From positions 896,001-960,000 of the forward strand of contig OY843584.1 of the NCBI GenBank assembly GCA_963692915.1: DNA of 64,000 bases, read 5' to 3'. Positions 19,196-28,415 of this stretch are shown here, in pieces (position 1 is the first letter of the stretch; each line of letters begins with the position of its first letter). Below the pieces are notes generated by a model. It was given only the letters and a program-made list of their open reading frames with translations, ran no database searches and was not told the DNA's origin. Source of the stretch: Cenarchaeum sp. (GTDB lineage: Archaea > Thermoproteota > Nitrososphaeria > Nitrososphaerales > Nitrosopumilaceae). Both the position numbers and the translations under genes were made by a program.

Positions 19196-20791
19196 CTAGT
19201 GCGCCTCCGCCGGCACTGTTGCCGGAACCACATCCACGAGGGCCGTCGCGCTGCCCGGACCGAGGGACTCGACGCCGGCGATGCCAGACATGTATGGGAC
19301 GATCTGCTCGAGGAATATATCAGGATATATCCCAAGGACCACCGTAAAGCCGGCGAGGACCATCATGGGGGCCAGCATGTGCCAGCCGGCCTCCTTTGTC
19401 TTTGCGAGCTTTTCGGGCAGCTTGCCAAAGAACACGCGCTTTAGCATCCAGAGCATGTACGACATTGTGAGCGCAGTGGCCACGAGACCCAGGCCAAATG
19501 TCACATAGCGCAGCGTGCTGCCCTCCTCGACTGCAGTCTCTAGCGCGCCATAAAAGACGAGCCACTCCCCCATAAAGCCGCTAGTCGGCGGCACGCCGGC
19601 GATGGTGAGGGCGCCAATGACGGCGCAGACTGCAGTTATCGGCATGCGGCTTGCCAGGCCCCCGAGGCCCGATATGCTCCGCGTCCCCACCCTTACGATG
19701 ATCACTCCGGCCATCATGAAGAGGATGCCCTTGCCGAGCGCGTGCGTGACGTACATCATCTCGGCGCCCGAGTGGCCCAGGACCGACTGCGAGCCTATGC
19801 CAAAGAGGAGGTATCCCATCTGGCTTATGCTAGAGTATGCGAGGAGGCGCTTTAGGTCATCCTGCATGAGCGCCATGGCGCCGCCGTATATCATCGTCAC
19901 AAGGCCCCAAACGTGAAACCAGACTGACAGCTCGGCAAAGGCTGCCGGCAGGAGCTCCATGATTAGCCTGAATATGCCATACGCGCCGATGCCGATCATG
20001 ACCGGCGAGAGGAGTGCGCTTATCGGCGTTGGTGCCGCACCGTGGACCCAGGGCAGCCATATGTGGAACATGAATGCGGCGAGCTTTACGCCGAGGCCGA
20101 TGGCGATGGCAACGGCGGCTATGATGATGATATCCGGATCAAGGGCCGCTGCTGCGATTCCGGCAAAGTCAAACGTGCCGGCTGACAGGCCGATCGCCAA
20201 AAAGCCAAGGAGGAGGATGACTGCGCCGACGTGCGTCCAAAAGAAGAACATTAGCGCAATCCTGCGGCGTGGCCCGTCGCCCCAGAACGCAATGAGGAAA
20301 AAGCCCGGTATGAGCATGACTTCGAAAAAGACGTAAAACTGTATCAGGTTGGTCGCAAGGACAGTCCCGAGCATGCCCATCGCAAAGACGAGATAGAGCG
20401 CATGGTATGTGCCTGACTTTGCGCTCACATACTCGGTGAGTCCCACCTGCGAGCCCTCGCCGTGGACCTCCCTGTACTGTTCGGCGAACTTGTGCTCCAT
20501 GTAGGGCCGCGAATAGATCGCAAGTATCGCCGATAGCGCGTATATCATTATGGCAAACGGCGAGGCGAGGCCGTCTAGGACAAGGCCAAACTCGCCGAAC
20601 ATCTCTGTCCACGCATAGCGCTCCTCGGTTCCGCCGTCAAGCGATCCGAGCACGACGAGGATGGCACAGTATGCGAGGACGGCAAACGAGAACCACGTCA
20701 CTGTGGCCATCCCGTAGCGCCTCCCGATGAGATATGCGGCAGGCGAGAGGAGGAGCGGGATAAAGACTGCCTGGAGGAGCATGTGGTCCAT
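19196..20791 (-). CDS. nuoM: NADH-quinone oxidoreductase subunit M
   Basis: FYVFFEVMLIP, FHIWLPWVHGAAPTP, DLKRLLAYSSISQMG, PPTSGFMGE. Confidence 0.95.
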   Translation of the reverse strand: MDHMLLQAVFIPLLLSPAAYLIGRRYGMATVTWFSFAVLAYCAILVVLGSLDGGTEERYAWTEMFGEFGLVLDGLASPFAIMIYALSAILAIYSRPYMEHKFAEQYREVHGEGSQVGLTEYVSAKSGTYHALYLVFAMGMLGTVLATNLIQFYVFFEVMLIPGFFLIAFWGDGPRRRIALMFFFWTHVGAVILLLGFLAIGLSAGTFDFAGIAAAALDPDIIIIAAVAIAIGLGVKLAAFMFHIWLPWVHGAAPTPISALLSPVMIGIGAYGIFRLIMELLPAAFAELSVWFHVWGLVTMIYGGAMALMQDDLKRLLAYSSISQMGYLLFGIGSQSVLGHSGAEMMYVTHALGKGILFMMAGVIIVRVGTRSISGLGGLASRMPITAVCAVIGALTIAGVPPTSGFMGEWLVFYGALETAVEEGSTLRYVTFGLGLVATALTMSYMLWMLKRVFFGKLPEKLAKTKEAGWHMLAPMMVLAGFTVVLGIYPDIFLEQIVPYMSGIAGVESLGPGSATALVDVVPATVPAEAH

Positions 20792-20792
20792 T

Positions 20793-21098
20793 CTATCCCC
20801 TCAGTGCCCCAAACTTTGCGACGTCGATATCGCGGTACATCCTGTATGCCACTATGACTAGCGCGAGGCCGACGGCGACCTCGGCGGCGGCAACTGCTAT
20901 TGAAAATAGCGCAAGTGTCTGCCCCGCGCTGTCTGGCACAAAGCGCGCAAACGCGACGAGGTTGAGGTTGGCCGCGTTTACGACAATCTCGACGGCAAAT
21001 AGCATGCGCAGCGCATTGCGCTTTACGGCCAGGCCGTATATGCCGACGCACAGGAGTGCGACGGAGACGAGCGCAAAGTCAATCAGCTCGTTGGTCAT
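20793..21098 (-). CDS. nuoK: NADH-quinone oxidoreductase subunit K
   Basis: KRNALRMLFAVEIVVNAANLN, AAAEVAVGLA. Confidence 0.95.
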   Translation of the reverse strand: MTNELIDFALVSVALLCVGIYGLAVKRNALRMLFAVEIVVNAANLNLVAFARFVPDSAGQTLALFSIAVAAAEVAVGLALVIVAYRMYRDIDVAKFGALRG

Positions 21099-21591
21099 CC
21101 TCTATATCCTCCCTCCTTGCGAGCGTCATTGCCCCCGTCACGGCACCGGCCAGAACCAGGCCCATGAGTATGAGGGCCGGCCAGTACTTTAGCAAAAAGT
21201 CGGCCCCGATCTCCCTAAAGTCGACTGCAGGCTCGTCTGTTGTGATCTCCGAGATGCCAGATGACACGATAACTGCGCCAAGTGAGGTCATCGCCACGAG
21301 CATGAGGCCGATTCCGGCCCAGCGCCTGCGCGTGTCCTCGACCTTTGTGAATATGAGCTCGCGCCGCACAAGCATGACCGTGAACAGTATGAGAACCGCT
21401 ATCGAGCCGACGTAGACTGCTATCTGGAACATTGCCACAAATGGCGAGTCGAGGAGCAAAAAGAGGCCCGCAATGCCCCCGAGTGTCCCCATTAGCGCGA
21501 TCGCGCCGTATATGAGCGAGCGCAGCTCGAGGGCCGCGATCGCAGACGCTATCGTGAGCACGGCGAGCGCAAGGAATGTCGCATCAGCCAT
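21079..21591 (-). CDS. nuoJ: NADH-quinone oxidoreductase subunit J
   Basis: FVAMFQIAVYVGSIAVLILFTVML; operon position. Confidence 0.93.
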   Translation of the reverse strand: MADATFLALAVLTIASAIAALELRSLIYGAIALMGTLGGIAGLFLLLDSPFVAMFQIAVYVGSIAVLILFTVMLVRRELIFTKVEDTRRRWAGIGLMLVAMTSLGAVIVSSGISEITTDEPAVDFREIGADFLLKYWPALILMGLVLAGAVTGAMTLARREDIEDDQRAD

Positions 21592-22081
21592 GTGTCGCAC
21601 CCCTGTCGCTTATGACTATCTCCGAGTCCTGCGCGACGTTTGGCTTTACGGCGAGCTGGCCGGGCGTGTAGATTAGGCCCTCCTTTGTGAACGAGGAGAG
21701 CTCATAGTCGTTTGTCATGTATAGCGCATAGAACGGGCACGCATCCACGCACAGGCCGCAAAAGACGCACTTGCCATAGTCTATCTGCGGCATTATCGAC
21801 TTTTTGTTGTGCTTCCAGTCCTCGGCAACCTTTACCATCGATATCGCCTCGGCAATCCCCTCGCATGCGATCGAGCAGAGCTGGCACCCCGTGCACTTGT
21901 CGTGAAAGAGCATGTGGCGCCCCTTGTATCCGGCAATGCCGGCCCCAGACGCCGGGTCAAACTGGTACCCGTCACCTACGAACTTTAGCTTTTCCTCCGG
22001 GTATCGCAATGTGAACCTCTTTACGGCGAGGTGCTTTGCGCCAGAGTTTAGCGCGCGTATGATGCCGGCTGCCGTGCCCAT
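21584..22081 (-). CDS. nuoI: NADH-quinone oxidoreductase subunit I (2x[4Fe-4S])
   Basis: TLRYPEE, CTGCQLCSIAC, CVFCGLCVDACP. Confidence 0.95.
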   Translation of the reverse strand: MGTAAGIIRALNSGAKHLAVKRFTLRYPEEKLKFVGDGYQFDPASGAGIAGYKGRHMLFHDKCTGCQLCSIACEGIAEAISMVKVAEDWKHNKKSIMPQIDYGKCVFCGLCVDACPFYALYMTNDYELSSFTKEGLIYTPGQLAVKPNVAQDSEIVISDRGATHG

Positions 22082-23379
22082 TAGAATATCCCTCCTGGCC
22101 CGACCACGCCGGCGTAGACTAGGCCGAGTGCGATAAAGATGTTGACAAAGGCCATCGCGATTAGCTTGTACCATCCTATTTTCAGGAGCATGTCAATCCT
22201 TATTCTCGGAAACACGCCGCGAGGCAGCAGGACAAAGAATATCACGCCCATCGTCTTTAGGACAAACCATATCACGGCGCTAAAAAACTCTTGTGAGAAT
22301 AGCGGTAGGCCGGGCAACTGCAGCTTTATCGGGCCTATCGTCTGGCCTGACTGCAGGAGTGACTCCTCAAGCGGCGGCCAGAACGACGGGCCGCTCCAGC
22401 CCCCAAGAAACAGGACCACAAAGAGGCCAGAGAACGCATAGAGCTTTACGTACGAGCCGAGCTGCACCAGGCCGTACATCATGCCAGAGAACTCGGTGAG
22501 CCATCCGGCGACTATCTCGCTTTCTGCCTCGGGGAGGTCAAAGGGGATGCGCTCGAGCTCGGCGAGCATGCACACAAAAAAGACGATCGCCCCTATTGGC
22601 ATGAGGACGATCCACGGTATGACGCTCTGGCTCTGGGCTATCTCCGTCAGGTTTAGCGTGCCAGTCAGGAGGACGACGCCGAGGCATGAGAGTATGAGCG
22701 GTATCTCAAAGGAGACCATCTGGTAGAGCGCGCGTATGCCGCCGATGAACGGGAATTTAGAGTTCGCCGACCACGCCGAGAGGACCGTGATGATGGGAAA
22801 GAACCCGATTATCGCAAATACGGCAAGGAGGCCAACGTCGACGTCTGCGACGACCCAGCCCGGCGCGACGGGTATGAGCGCGACGAATGCGGCTGCTGTC
22901 CCCACAAAGAGGAGCGGGCCCACGATAAAGAGCGGCTTGTCAGCCTTTGCGGGGATGATTATCTCCTTTGATATCAGCTTTAGGCCGTCACCGGCCAGCT
23001 GCAAGAGGCCCTCTATCTTGCCGCAGTAAAATGGGCCGACTCGCAGTTGCATCTTTGCGAGCATCTTGCGCTCGACGAAGATCGTGCCGGCCGCAAGGAG
23101 CGCGGCGAACCCAAAGCCCGGAAACGCCAGTATGCGAAACGCGTCTGATGTGAGAAACGACTTTAGGAGCGGGAGCGCAAGCTCTGGATGCGAGAGCCAT
23201 GTCAGGACAAGAAACGGCGTGACTAGCGAGCCGTCGATCACCGGCAGGTCCACGTAAAATAGCGCGATCATCGCAAGAGGGAGGCCTACTAGCGTGAGTA
23301 TGATTATGATCCAAAACACGTTCTCAAGTATCGACTTTACAAACTCGCTAAACTTGAAGCGCGGGGCGATGACGGACAT
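22081..23379 (-). CDS. nuoH: NADH-quinone oxidoreductase subunit H
   Basis: ERKMLAKMQLRVGP, DGLKLISKE, AELERIPFDLPEAESE, PRIRID. Confidence 0.96.
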   Translation of the reverse strand: MSVIAPRFKFSEFVKSILENVFWIIIILTLVGLPLAMIALFYVDLPVIDGSLVTPFLVLTWLSHPELALPLLKSFLTSDAFRILAFPGFGFAALLAAGTIFVERKMLAKMQLRVGPFYCGKIEGLLQLAGDGLKLISKEIIIPAKADKPLFIVGPLLFVGTAAAFVALIPVAPGWVVADVDVGLLAVFAIIGFFPIITVLSAWSANSKFPFIGGIRALYQMVSFEIPLILSCLGVVLLTGTLNLTEIAQSQSVIPWIVLMPIGAIVFFVCMLAELERIPFDLPEAESEIVAGWLTEFSGMMYGLVQLGSYVKLYAFSGLFVVLFLGGWSGPSFWPPLEESLLQSGQTIGPIKLQLPGLPLFSQEFFSAVIWFVLKTMGVIFFVLLPRGVFPRIRIDMLLKIGWYKLIAMAFVNIFIALGLVYAGVVGPGGIF

Positions 23380-24509
23380 TAGCGGTCAGCCTCCACAGGC
23401 CAGTAGTTTAGGCTCCAGTACACGGCAGGCATGTTGCCGAGCTTTTCGCCCTTTAGCAGGTACGGCAGCGCGATGAGGTTCCTGAACGAGCCGACGCTCA
23501 TCTTTACGCGGTACGGCTCGGGCTTGCCATCAGAGATGACATAGCACCCGAGTGAGCCGCGGCCGGACTCGACCCTCTTGTAGGAGACCATTTCCGGACC
23601 CTTTGGGTTTGGCTTTAGCTTTACGCGCACAGAGCCGGACTTTGGCATCTTTGCGAGCGCATCGCGTATGATGCGGCAGCTCTCCAGCATGTCAAGCCAC
23701 GGCACGCGCGAGCGCGCGTACGCGTCGCCTGCGCTCATCGTGTTCGTCTCAAAGTCAAGCGAGTCATAGCAGTCGTATGGCTCCTTTTTGCGAATGTCAT
23801 AGTCGACCCCGCTAGCGCGCAGGACAGAGCCCGTCGTTCCAAGGGCAATGGCATCAGAGCGCGAGAGCTTGCCCGCATCGCGTGTCCTAGAGATGAGTAT
23901 GGGGTTGTCATAGAATATTGCGGCGTACTCGCGTATGCGCTTTTCAAAATAGTCGACCTGCCGCAGGCAGACGTCCTCAAAGTTTGCAGGCACGTCGTTG
24001 CGAACGCCGCCGGGCACAAAGTACGCGTGCGTCACGCGCGCGCCGGTCATCTTTTCGAGTAGGTCGATGAGGAGCTCGCGATCCCCCGTGGGCCACATGA
24101 ACATCGTAGAGTGCCCAAGGAATATCCCGTATATCGCAAGCCAGTACAGCGTGTAGACGCACCGGTTCAGCTCGGCGGCAATGACGCGCACGTGCTGCGC
24201 GCGCTCAGAGACCTCCACGCCGAGTATCTCCTCGGTGGCCAGGCAGTACGGGTAGAGTATGTTGCACGAGTCGTGTATCACGGGCCTCTCGAGGTGCGGT
24301 ATGTTTTGCACATAGTTTCTGTACTCGGCCATCTTTTCCTCGCCCCTGTGCACGTAGCCGGGATCGGGGTCGCACGCGACGATCTTGTCGCCGTCGATCT
24401 GCACGATTATCCTCATGTGGCCCGAGCCGGGGTGCTGCGGGCCGACGTTGAGCGTCATGATTCGCTCATCGACCTTTTGGAGCGCAAGGCCCGGCGGAAG
24501 CTGCGCCAT
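23379..24509 (-). CDS. nuoD: NADH-quinone oxidoreductase subunit D
   Basis: LNVGPQHPGSGH, GYVHRGEEK, PGGVRND, ESGRG, C-terminal EADR. Alternative start 24536. Confidence 0.95.
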   Translation of the reverse strand: MAQLPPGLALQKVDERIMTLNVGPQHPGSGHMRIIVQIDGDKIVACDPDPGYVHRGEEKMAEYRNYVQNIPHLERPVIHDSCNILYPYCLATEEILGVEVSERAQHVRVIAAELNRCVYTLYWLAIYGIFLGHSTMFMWPTGDRELLIDLLEKMTGARVTHAYFVPGGVRNDVPANFEDVCLRQVDYFEKRIREYAAIFYDNPILISRTRDAGKLSRSDAIALGTTGSVLRASGVDYDIRKKEPYDCYDSLDFETNTMSAGDAYARSRVPWLDMLESCRIIRDALAKMPKSGSVRVKLKPNPKGPEMVSYKRVESGRGSLGCYVISDGKPEPYRVKMSVGSFRNLIALPYLLKGEKLGNMPAVYWSLNYWPVEADR

Positions 24510-24538
24510 TGCCGGAACCGTGAGCCTCTCCTCCATGG

Positions 24539-25114
24539 TCATCTCCCCTTTATCGCAAAGTCCTTGCGCATTGGTGGCATGTCTGCCCAGTCCTCCGGAA
24601 GGAGGAGGCGGCGGTTGTCAGGATGGCCCTCAAAGTAGACGCCTAGCATCTCAAAGGCCTCGCGCTCGTGGAACTCTACGCTATAGAACACGCCTCGCAG
24701 GCTCGGAAGGCGCGTAGAGTCCTCGCCGGGCGACGGGACCTCCTCGCGCGGGGCGCGCGTCGATATCGCCATGACGTATCCGGCAAGGTCAGGGCGCGTG
24801 TACGAGCCAAGATGGTACACGACCTCTATCTGCCCGTCAGATGGCCTGTCCACTCCGGTGACTGACTCGGCGTGGTCAAACCCAAGCTCGTCGCGCGCAA
24901 AGCGTGCCAGCTCCACAATGTCACTGCCAGACACGTCAAGCTGCATCCGGCCTGGCCTCGCAAATGCGACGCTTGCGCGATCGCCGAACGTCGACTCGAT
25001 CCTTGAGCGAAGCGTCATGTCAAGCTCTGGCAGCGCGACGTCATCAGACTTTGCGACATCCTTTGCGCCATCTCCAGTGTCGCCGGACGCGGCCGGCACG
25101 TCCTTGTCTGCCAT
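24539..25114 (-). CDS. nuoC: NADH-quinone oxidoreductase subunit C
   Basis: VTGVD, HEREAFEMLGVYFEGHPDNRRLLLPEDW, PPMRKDF. Confidence 0.95.
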   Translation of the reverse strand: MADKDVPAASGDTGDGAKDVAKSDDVALPELDMTLRSRIESTFGDRASVAFARPGRMQLDVSGSDIVELARFARDELGFDHAESVTGVDRPSDGQIEVVYHLGSYTRPDLAGYVMAISTRAPREEVPSPGEDSTRLPSLRGVFYSVEFHEREAFEMLGVYFEGHPDNRRLLLPEDWADMPPMRKDFAIKGR

Positions 25115-25635
25115 CACACGTGCGTCCTGGCCTTCATCCTCTTGATCTTTTCCTGCAATAGCATGCATCCCTGTATGAGCGTCTCTGGCCGCGGAGGGCA
25201 TCCCGGAACGTACACGTCGACCGGAAGGACGCCGTCGATGCCGGGCAGGACATTGTACGAGTCAAAGTAAAGGCCGCCCGTTATGGCGCACGCGCCCATC
25301 GCAATGACGTACTTTGGCTCGGGCATCTGGTCATAGACTAGGCGCAGGCGCGGGGCCATCTTGCGCGTTATCGTCCCCTGGACCACGACGAGGTCGCACT
25401 GGCGAAGCGAGCCAAATGCCTCAATGATCCCAAACCGCTCAACGTCATAGCGCGGGCCTGACGCTGCGCCAAACTCGACGCTACAGCACGCAGTCTCGAT
25501 ATGGACCGGCCAGAGTGACCATATGCGGCCCCAGTTTATCGCATAGCCGAGCGGCTTGTCGACTGCCTTTTCGAGCATGTCGCCGAGCTTGCCGACAAAG
25601 ACGTTTGCCGTGTGAGGCGTGAGGAGCTCCTTCAT
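25114..25635 (-). CDS. nuoB: NADH-quinone oxidoreductase subunit B
   Basis: TACCSVE, YDQMPEPKYVIAMGACA, PVDVYVPGCPPRPE. Confidence 0.96.
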   Translation of the reverse strand: MKELLTPHTANVFVGKLGDMLEKAVDKPLGYAINWGRIWSLWPVHIETACCSVEFGAASGPRYDVERFGIIEAFGSLRQCDLVVVQGTITRKMAPRLRLVYDQMPEPKYVIAMGACAITGGLYFDSYNVLPGIDGVLPVDVYVPGCPPRPETLIQGCMLLQEKIKRMKARTHV

Positions 25636-25657
25636 CAATGCCACATCGCCTCCGAGA

Positions 25658-26032
25658 TCACCAGATGTTGCGCCTCCCTGACTGGCGTAGCGCAAAGGCC
25701 ATGGCGGCAAACATGATTCCGAGGAACACGATTATCGGGATCGTCGCCTCGCGCGGGAGCTCGAGGAGCGCGCTGCCCCACGCGTAGAGGAATATGGCCA
25801 CGACGTCAAAGACGACGAACATGAGGATATACGCGTAATACTGCATCATGAAATGCGTGCGCCCCTCGCCCTTTGGGACCTGGCCGCACTCCATGGGCAG
25901 GAACTTTACTGGCGTCGAGTGGCGCCTAGGCGAGATCATGCGTGATATGAGGAGTGCGGGGGCAGTCGCGGCAACTGCAAAGCCGAACATTAGCAGTATC
26001 GGGCTATATGTGGAAGCGGCCTCGCCGACCAA
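25658..26032 (-). CDS. nuoA: NADH-quinone oxidoreductase subunit A
   Basis: KFLPMECG, YYAYILMFVVFDV, FLYAW; TTTATA box near 26060 on the minus strand. Confidence 0.95.
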   Translation of the reverse strand: MVGEAASTYSPILLMFGFAVAATAPALLISRMISPRRHSTPVKFLPMECGQVPKGEGRTHFMMQYYAYILMFVVFDVVAIFLYAWGSALLELPREATIPIIVFLGIMFAAMAFALRQSGRRNIW

Positions 26033-26506
26033 CGTGGCAGCGTGCTTTGAATATTGGTATAAAAAGCTACTCGGATTTCACGGCTGGCGTGGCGGTGTGG
26101 GCACCGACAGGGCAATGTAGCGCCCACTGCAGCCCCTGTCTGCTGCGATCATGTTTTTGCGCGTGAGCCACGACTCATTTGCACGTCCTGAACCCTAGCA
26201 GGCGATCATGCCCCTGTTCTGGCAGCCCGGCCATCGGGGCTGTTCCCGTAGGCGCATAGCCGTCTGGCTCGATCATGGGCACAAGCCACACCGGAATCAA
26301 CTCATCTCGGGGCATCCGGATTGCCGGATCAGGCGGTCGGATGAAAAGATTGATGGGCGGTCCCGGTAGAGTTCGTTGCCAGGATCGGCGCAGCGGTTCG
26401 TGCGTACACCCTCGGATTTTTCTCTGGCTGGCCGCGAGGGCTATGCGCAATCATGTGCCAGGTTTGAGAAAAAGCACATATAGGCACAATATCCACTCTT
26501 CCACGG

Positions 26507-27184
26507 TTGAAGGACAATACAGACGAGTTTGCCGCAGGATTCATCAATGGACTAAAAACGGCAAGGGATGTGTATGCCAAGTGCCCTAGTTGTGAGTTCA
26601 TATTCTCTTTGCATGGCGCAGTGCTAATTCATGGTAAATCGCCGCCCAAGAGCATCCTGGCAAAGTCGCAAAAGCAGGTGGCGCAGGCACAAGACGAGCG
26701 GGACAATGCAAAAGAGCGTCTTAGCGATATCACATATAACCTGAATAATAAGATCGCAGCGGAGAAGATGGAACATGCCTACACCAAAAATAATGCAAAA
26801 GAGACTATACGACACTATAAAAAAGACATTGCTGCGGCTCAAAAAGAGGTAATAAAAGAAAAGGTGGACAAGGCGTTAATAAGTTCCCGCGGAGTAATCG
26901 AGAGCCACATAGCTGAGCTGTTCCCACACTTCCAGAAGACAAACATAAACCCGGTCGATCTGTGCGGTCTAGTGCCCACAAGACCGCTAGATTTTATCGT
27001 GTTCAACGGGCTATACAACAAAAACGTCAAAAGCATAACGTTCATGGACGTTAAAAAGGGACAAGGGCGCCTTACGCCTGTTCAGCAACAGGTAAAAAAC
27101 GCTATTCATGACGGTCATGTGGACTTTAAGACCATCAAAGTAAACTTTGGGAAGATAAAGGGCAGCGCAGTTGAATCTACGTGA
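26507..27184 (+). CDS. Holliday-junction-resolvase-like PD-(D/E)XK endonuclease (Endonuc_Holl-type)
   Basis: N-terminal CPSC, coiled coil, SRGVIESHIAELFP, PLDFIVFNG...FMDVKKG..RLTPVQ; visibly AT-richer than the flanks. Confidence 0.8.
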   Translation: MKDNTDEFAAGFINGLKTARDVYAKCPSCEFIFSLHGAVLIHGKSPPKSILAKSQKQVAQAQDERDNAKERLSDITYNLNNKIAAEKMEHAYTKNNAKETIRHYKKDIAAAQKEVIKEKVDKALISSRGVIESHIAELFPHFQKTNINPVDLCGLVPTRPLDFIVFNGLYNKNVKSITFMDVKKGQGRLTPVQQQVKNAIHDGHVDFKTIKVNFGKIKGSAVEST

Positions 27185-27435
27185 CTGGCAACCGCTGCAC
27201 ATATGTTCACGCGAAAATCGACCCTGTCTCATAATCTAATTCTGGGCGCGCCGCATCCTAGCGCGCCGACTGCGCGCCGGGAGCCCCACGTCCCACGAGG
27301 TCAACGCCTCCACCGCCCATTTGGCCAAATTAGCACATGGCCGGAGAAACCCGCCGTGCCACAGGCGAACCCAGGGATCCGATTCTGGGAAGAGAGCCAC
27401 ACTTAATAGGTCACACACAGCCCACGTGTCGCATA

Positions 27436-27909
27436 ATGGCAATCCAGGTGGGTCAAAAGGCACCGGACTTTGAGCTCCACGACACTGACCTAAAGCCCGT
27501 CACGCTCGCTGGCCTCAGGGACGGCGGCGGCAAGGTCGTCCTCTCGTTCATTGTAGCTGCAAGCTCGCCGGTCTGCGAAAAGGAGCTCTGCTCGTTTCGC
27601 GACTCGTGGGATGACATAAAGTCAGCAGGCGCAAAGGTGGTCGCGATAAGCAACGACGGGCCGTTTGCGAACAAGGCCTTTGCGCAGGCGCACTCGCTCA
27701 ACTTTCCGGTTCTCTCCGACCACGACAGCCGCGCCATACGCGAGTACGGCGTGCTCATGGAGGACCTCTTGCACATAAAGGGCTACAATGCCGCAAAGCG
27801 CTCAGTCTTTGTCATTAACGAGGACGGCACAGTCGGCTATGCGTGGGTGTCTGATGACCCGCTAGTCGAGCCCAACTATGCCGAGATTCTCGACTATGTG
27901 AAATCCTAG
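27436..27909 (+). CDS. Peroxiredoxin (AhpC/TSA, BCP/AhpE-like)
   Basis: GQKAPDFEL, SPVCEKELC, AISNDGPF, AKRSVFVI. Confidence 0.92.
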   Translation: MAIQVGQKAPDFELHDTDLKPVTLAGLRDGGGKVVLSFIVAASSPVCEKELCSFRDSWDDIKSAGAKVVAISNDGPFANKAFAQAHSLNFPVLSDHDSRAIREYGVLMEDLLHIKGYNAAKRSVFVINEDGTVGYAWVSDDPLVEPNYAEILDYVKS

Positions 27910-28415
27910 GATATCTCGGCGACTGTGTCGCCCTTGGCCACAATGTCACCGGTCTTTATCGCAATAGATGAGACCTTGCCGGCCTTTGCCGACTTTATGC
28001 CGACTTGCATCTTCATCGACTCTAGCGTGCATATCGTGTCGCCTTCGGCAACGTCATCGCCGGCGCTCACTGCGACAGAGACGACCTTGCCGGGTATCTG
28101 GCTCTTTAGCGTCCCGCCGCCGGCGGCCTCGGAGCGCCCAGAGTTCATGTAGACAATGTCATCGAGGCCCGTGTGGCGAAACGCGCTCACCTGTCGGCCA
28201 TCAAGGATCATCCTGGTCTCAAGGGCCTCGCCGGGGAAATACGCGACGCGGTGCGGCACGTCATCGAGCATAAAGTCCATGCCGCGCGAGTCAGACGAGA
28301 CGACGCGCAAGAGTCGATCTTTGCCGTCAATGCGCACGACATACTCGCCGGCGCCTGCACTGCCGACGATCGAGCACTCGCGCTCGCCGTCAATGCCGCC
28401 AATCCTGTACCTCAT
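27906..28415 (-). CDS. accB: Biotin carboxyl carrier protein of acetyl/propionyl-CoA carboxylase
   Basis: SQIPGKVV and biotinylation motif LESMKM. Confidence 0.93.
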   Translation of the reverse strand: MRYRIGGIDGERECSIVGSAGAGEYVVRIDGKDRLLRVVSSDSRGMDFMLDDVPHRVAYFPGEALETRMILDGRQVSAFRHTGLDDIVYMNSGRSEAAGGGTLKSQIPGKVVSVAVSAGDDVAEGDTICTLESMKMQVGIKSAKAGKVSSIAIKTGDIVAKGDTVAEIS

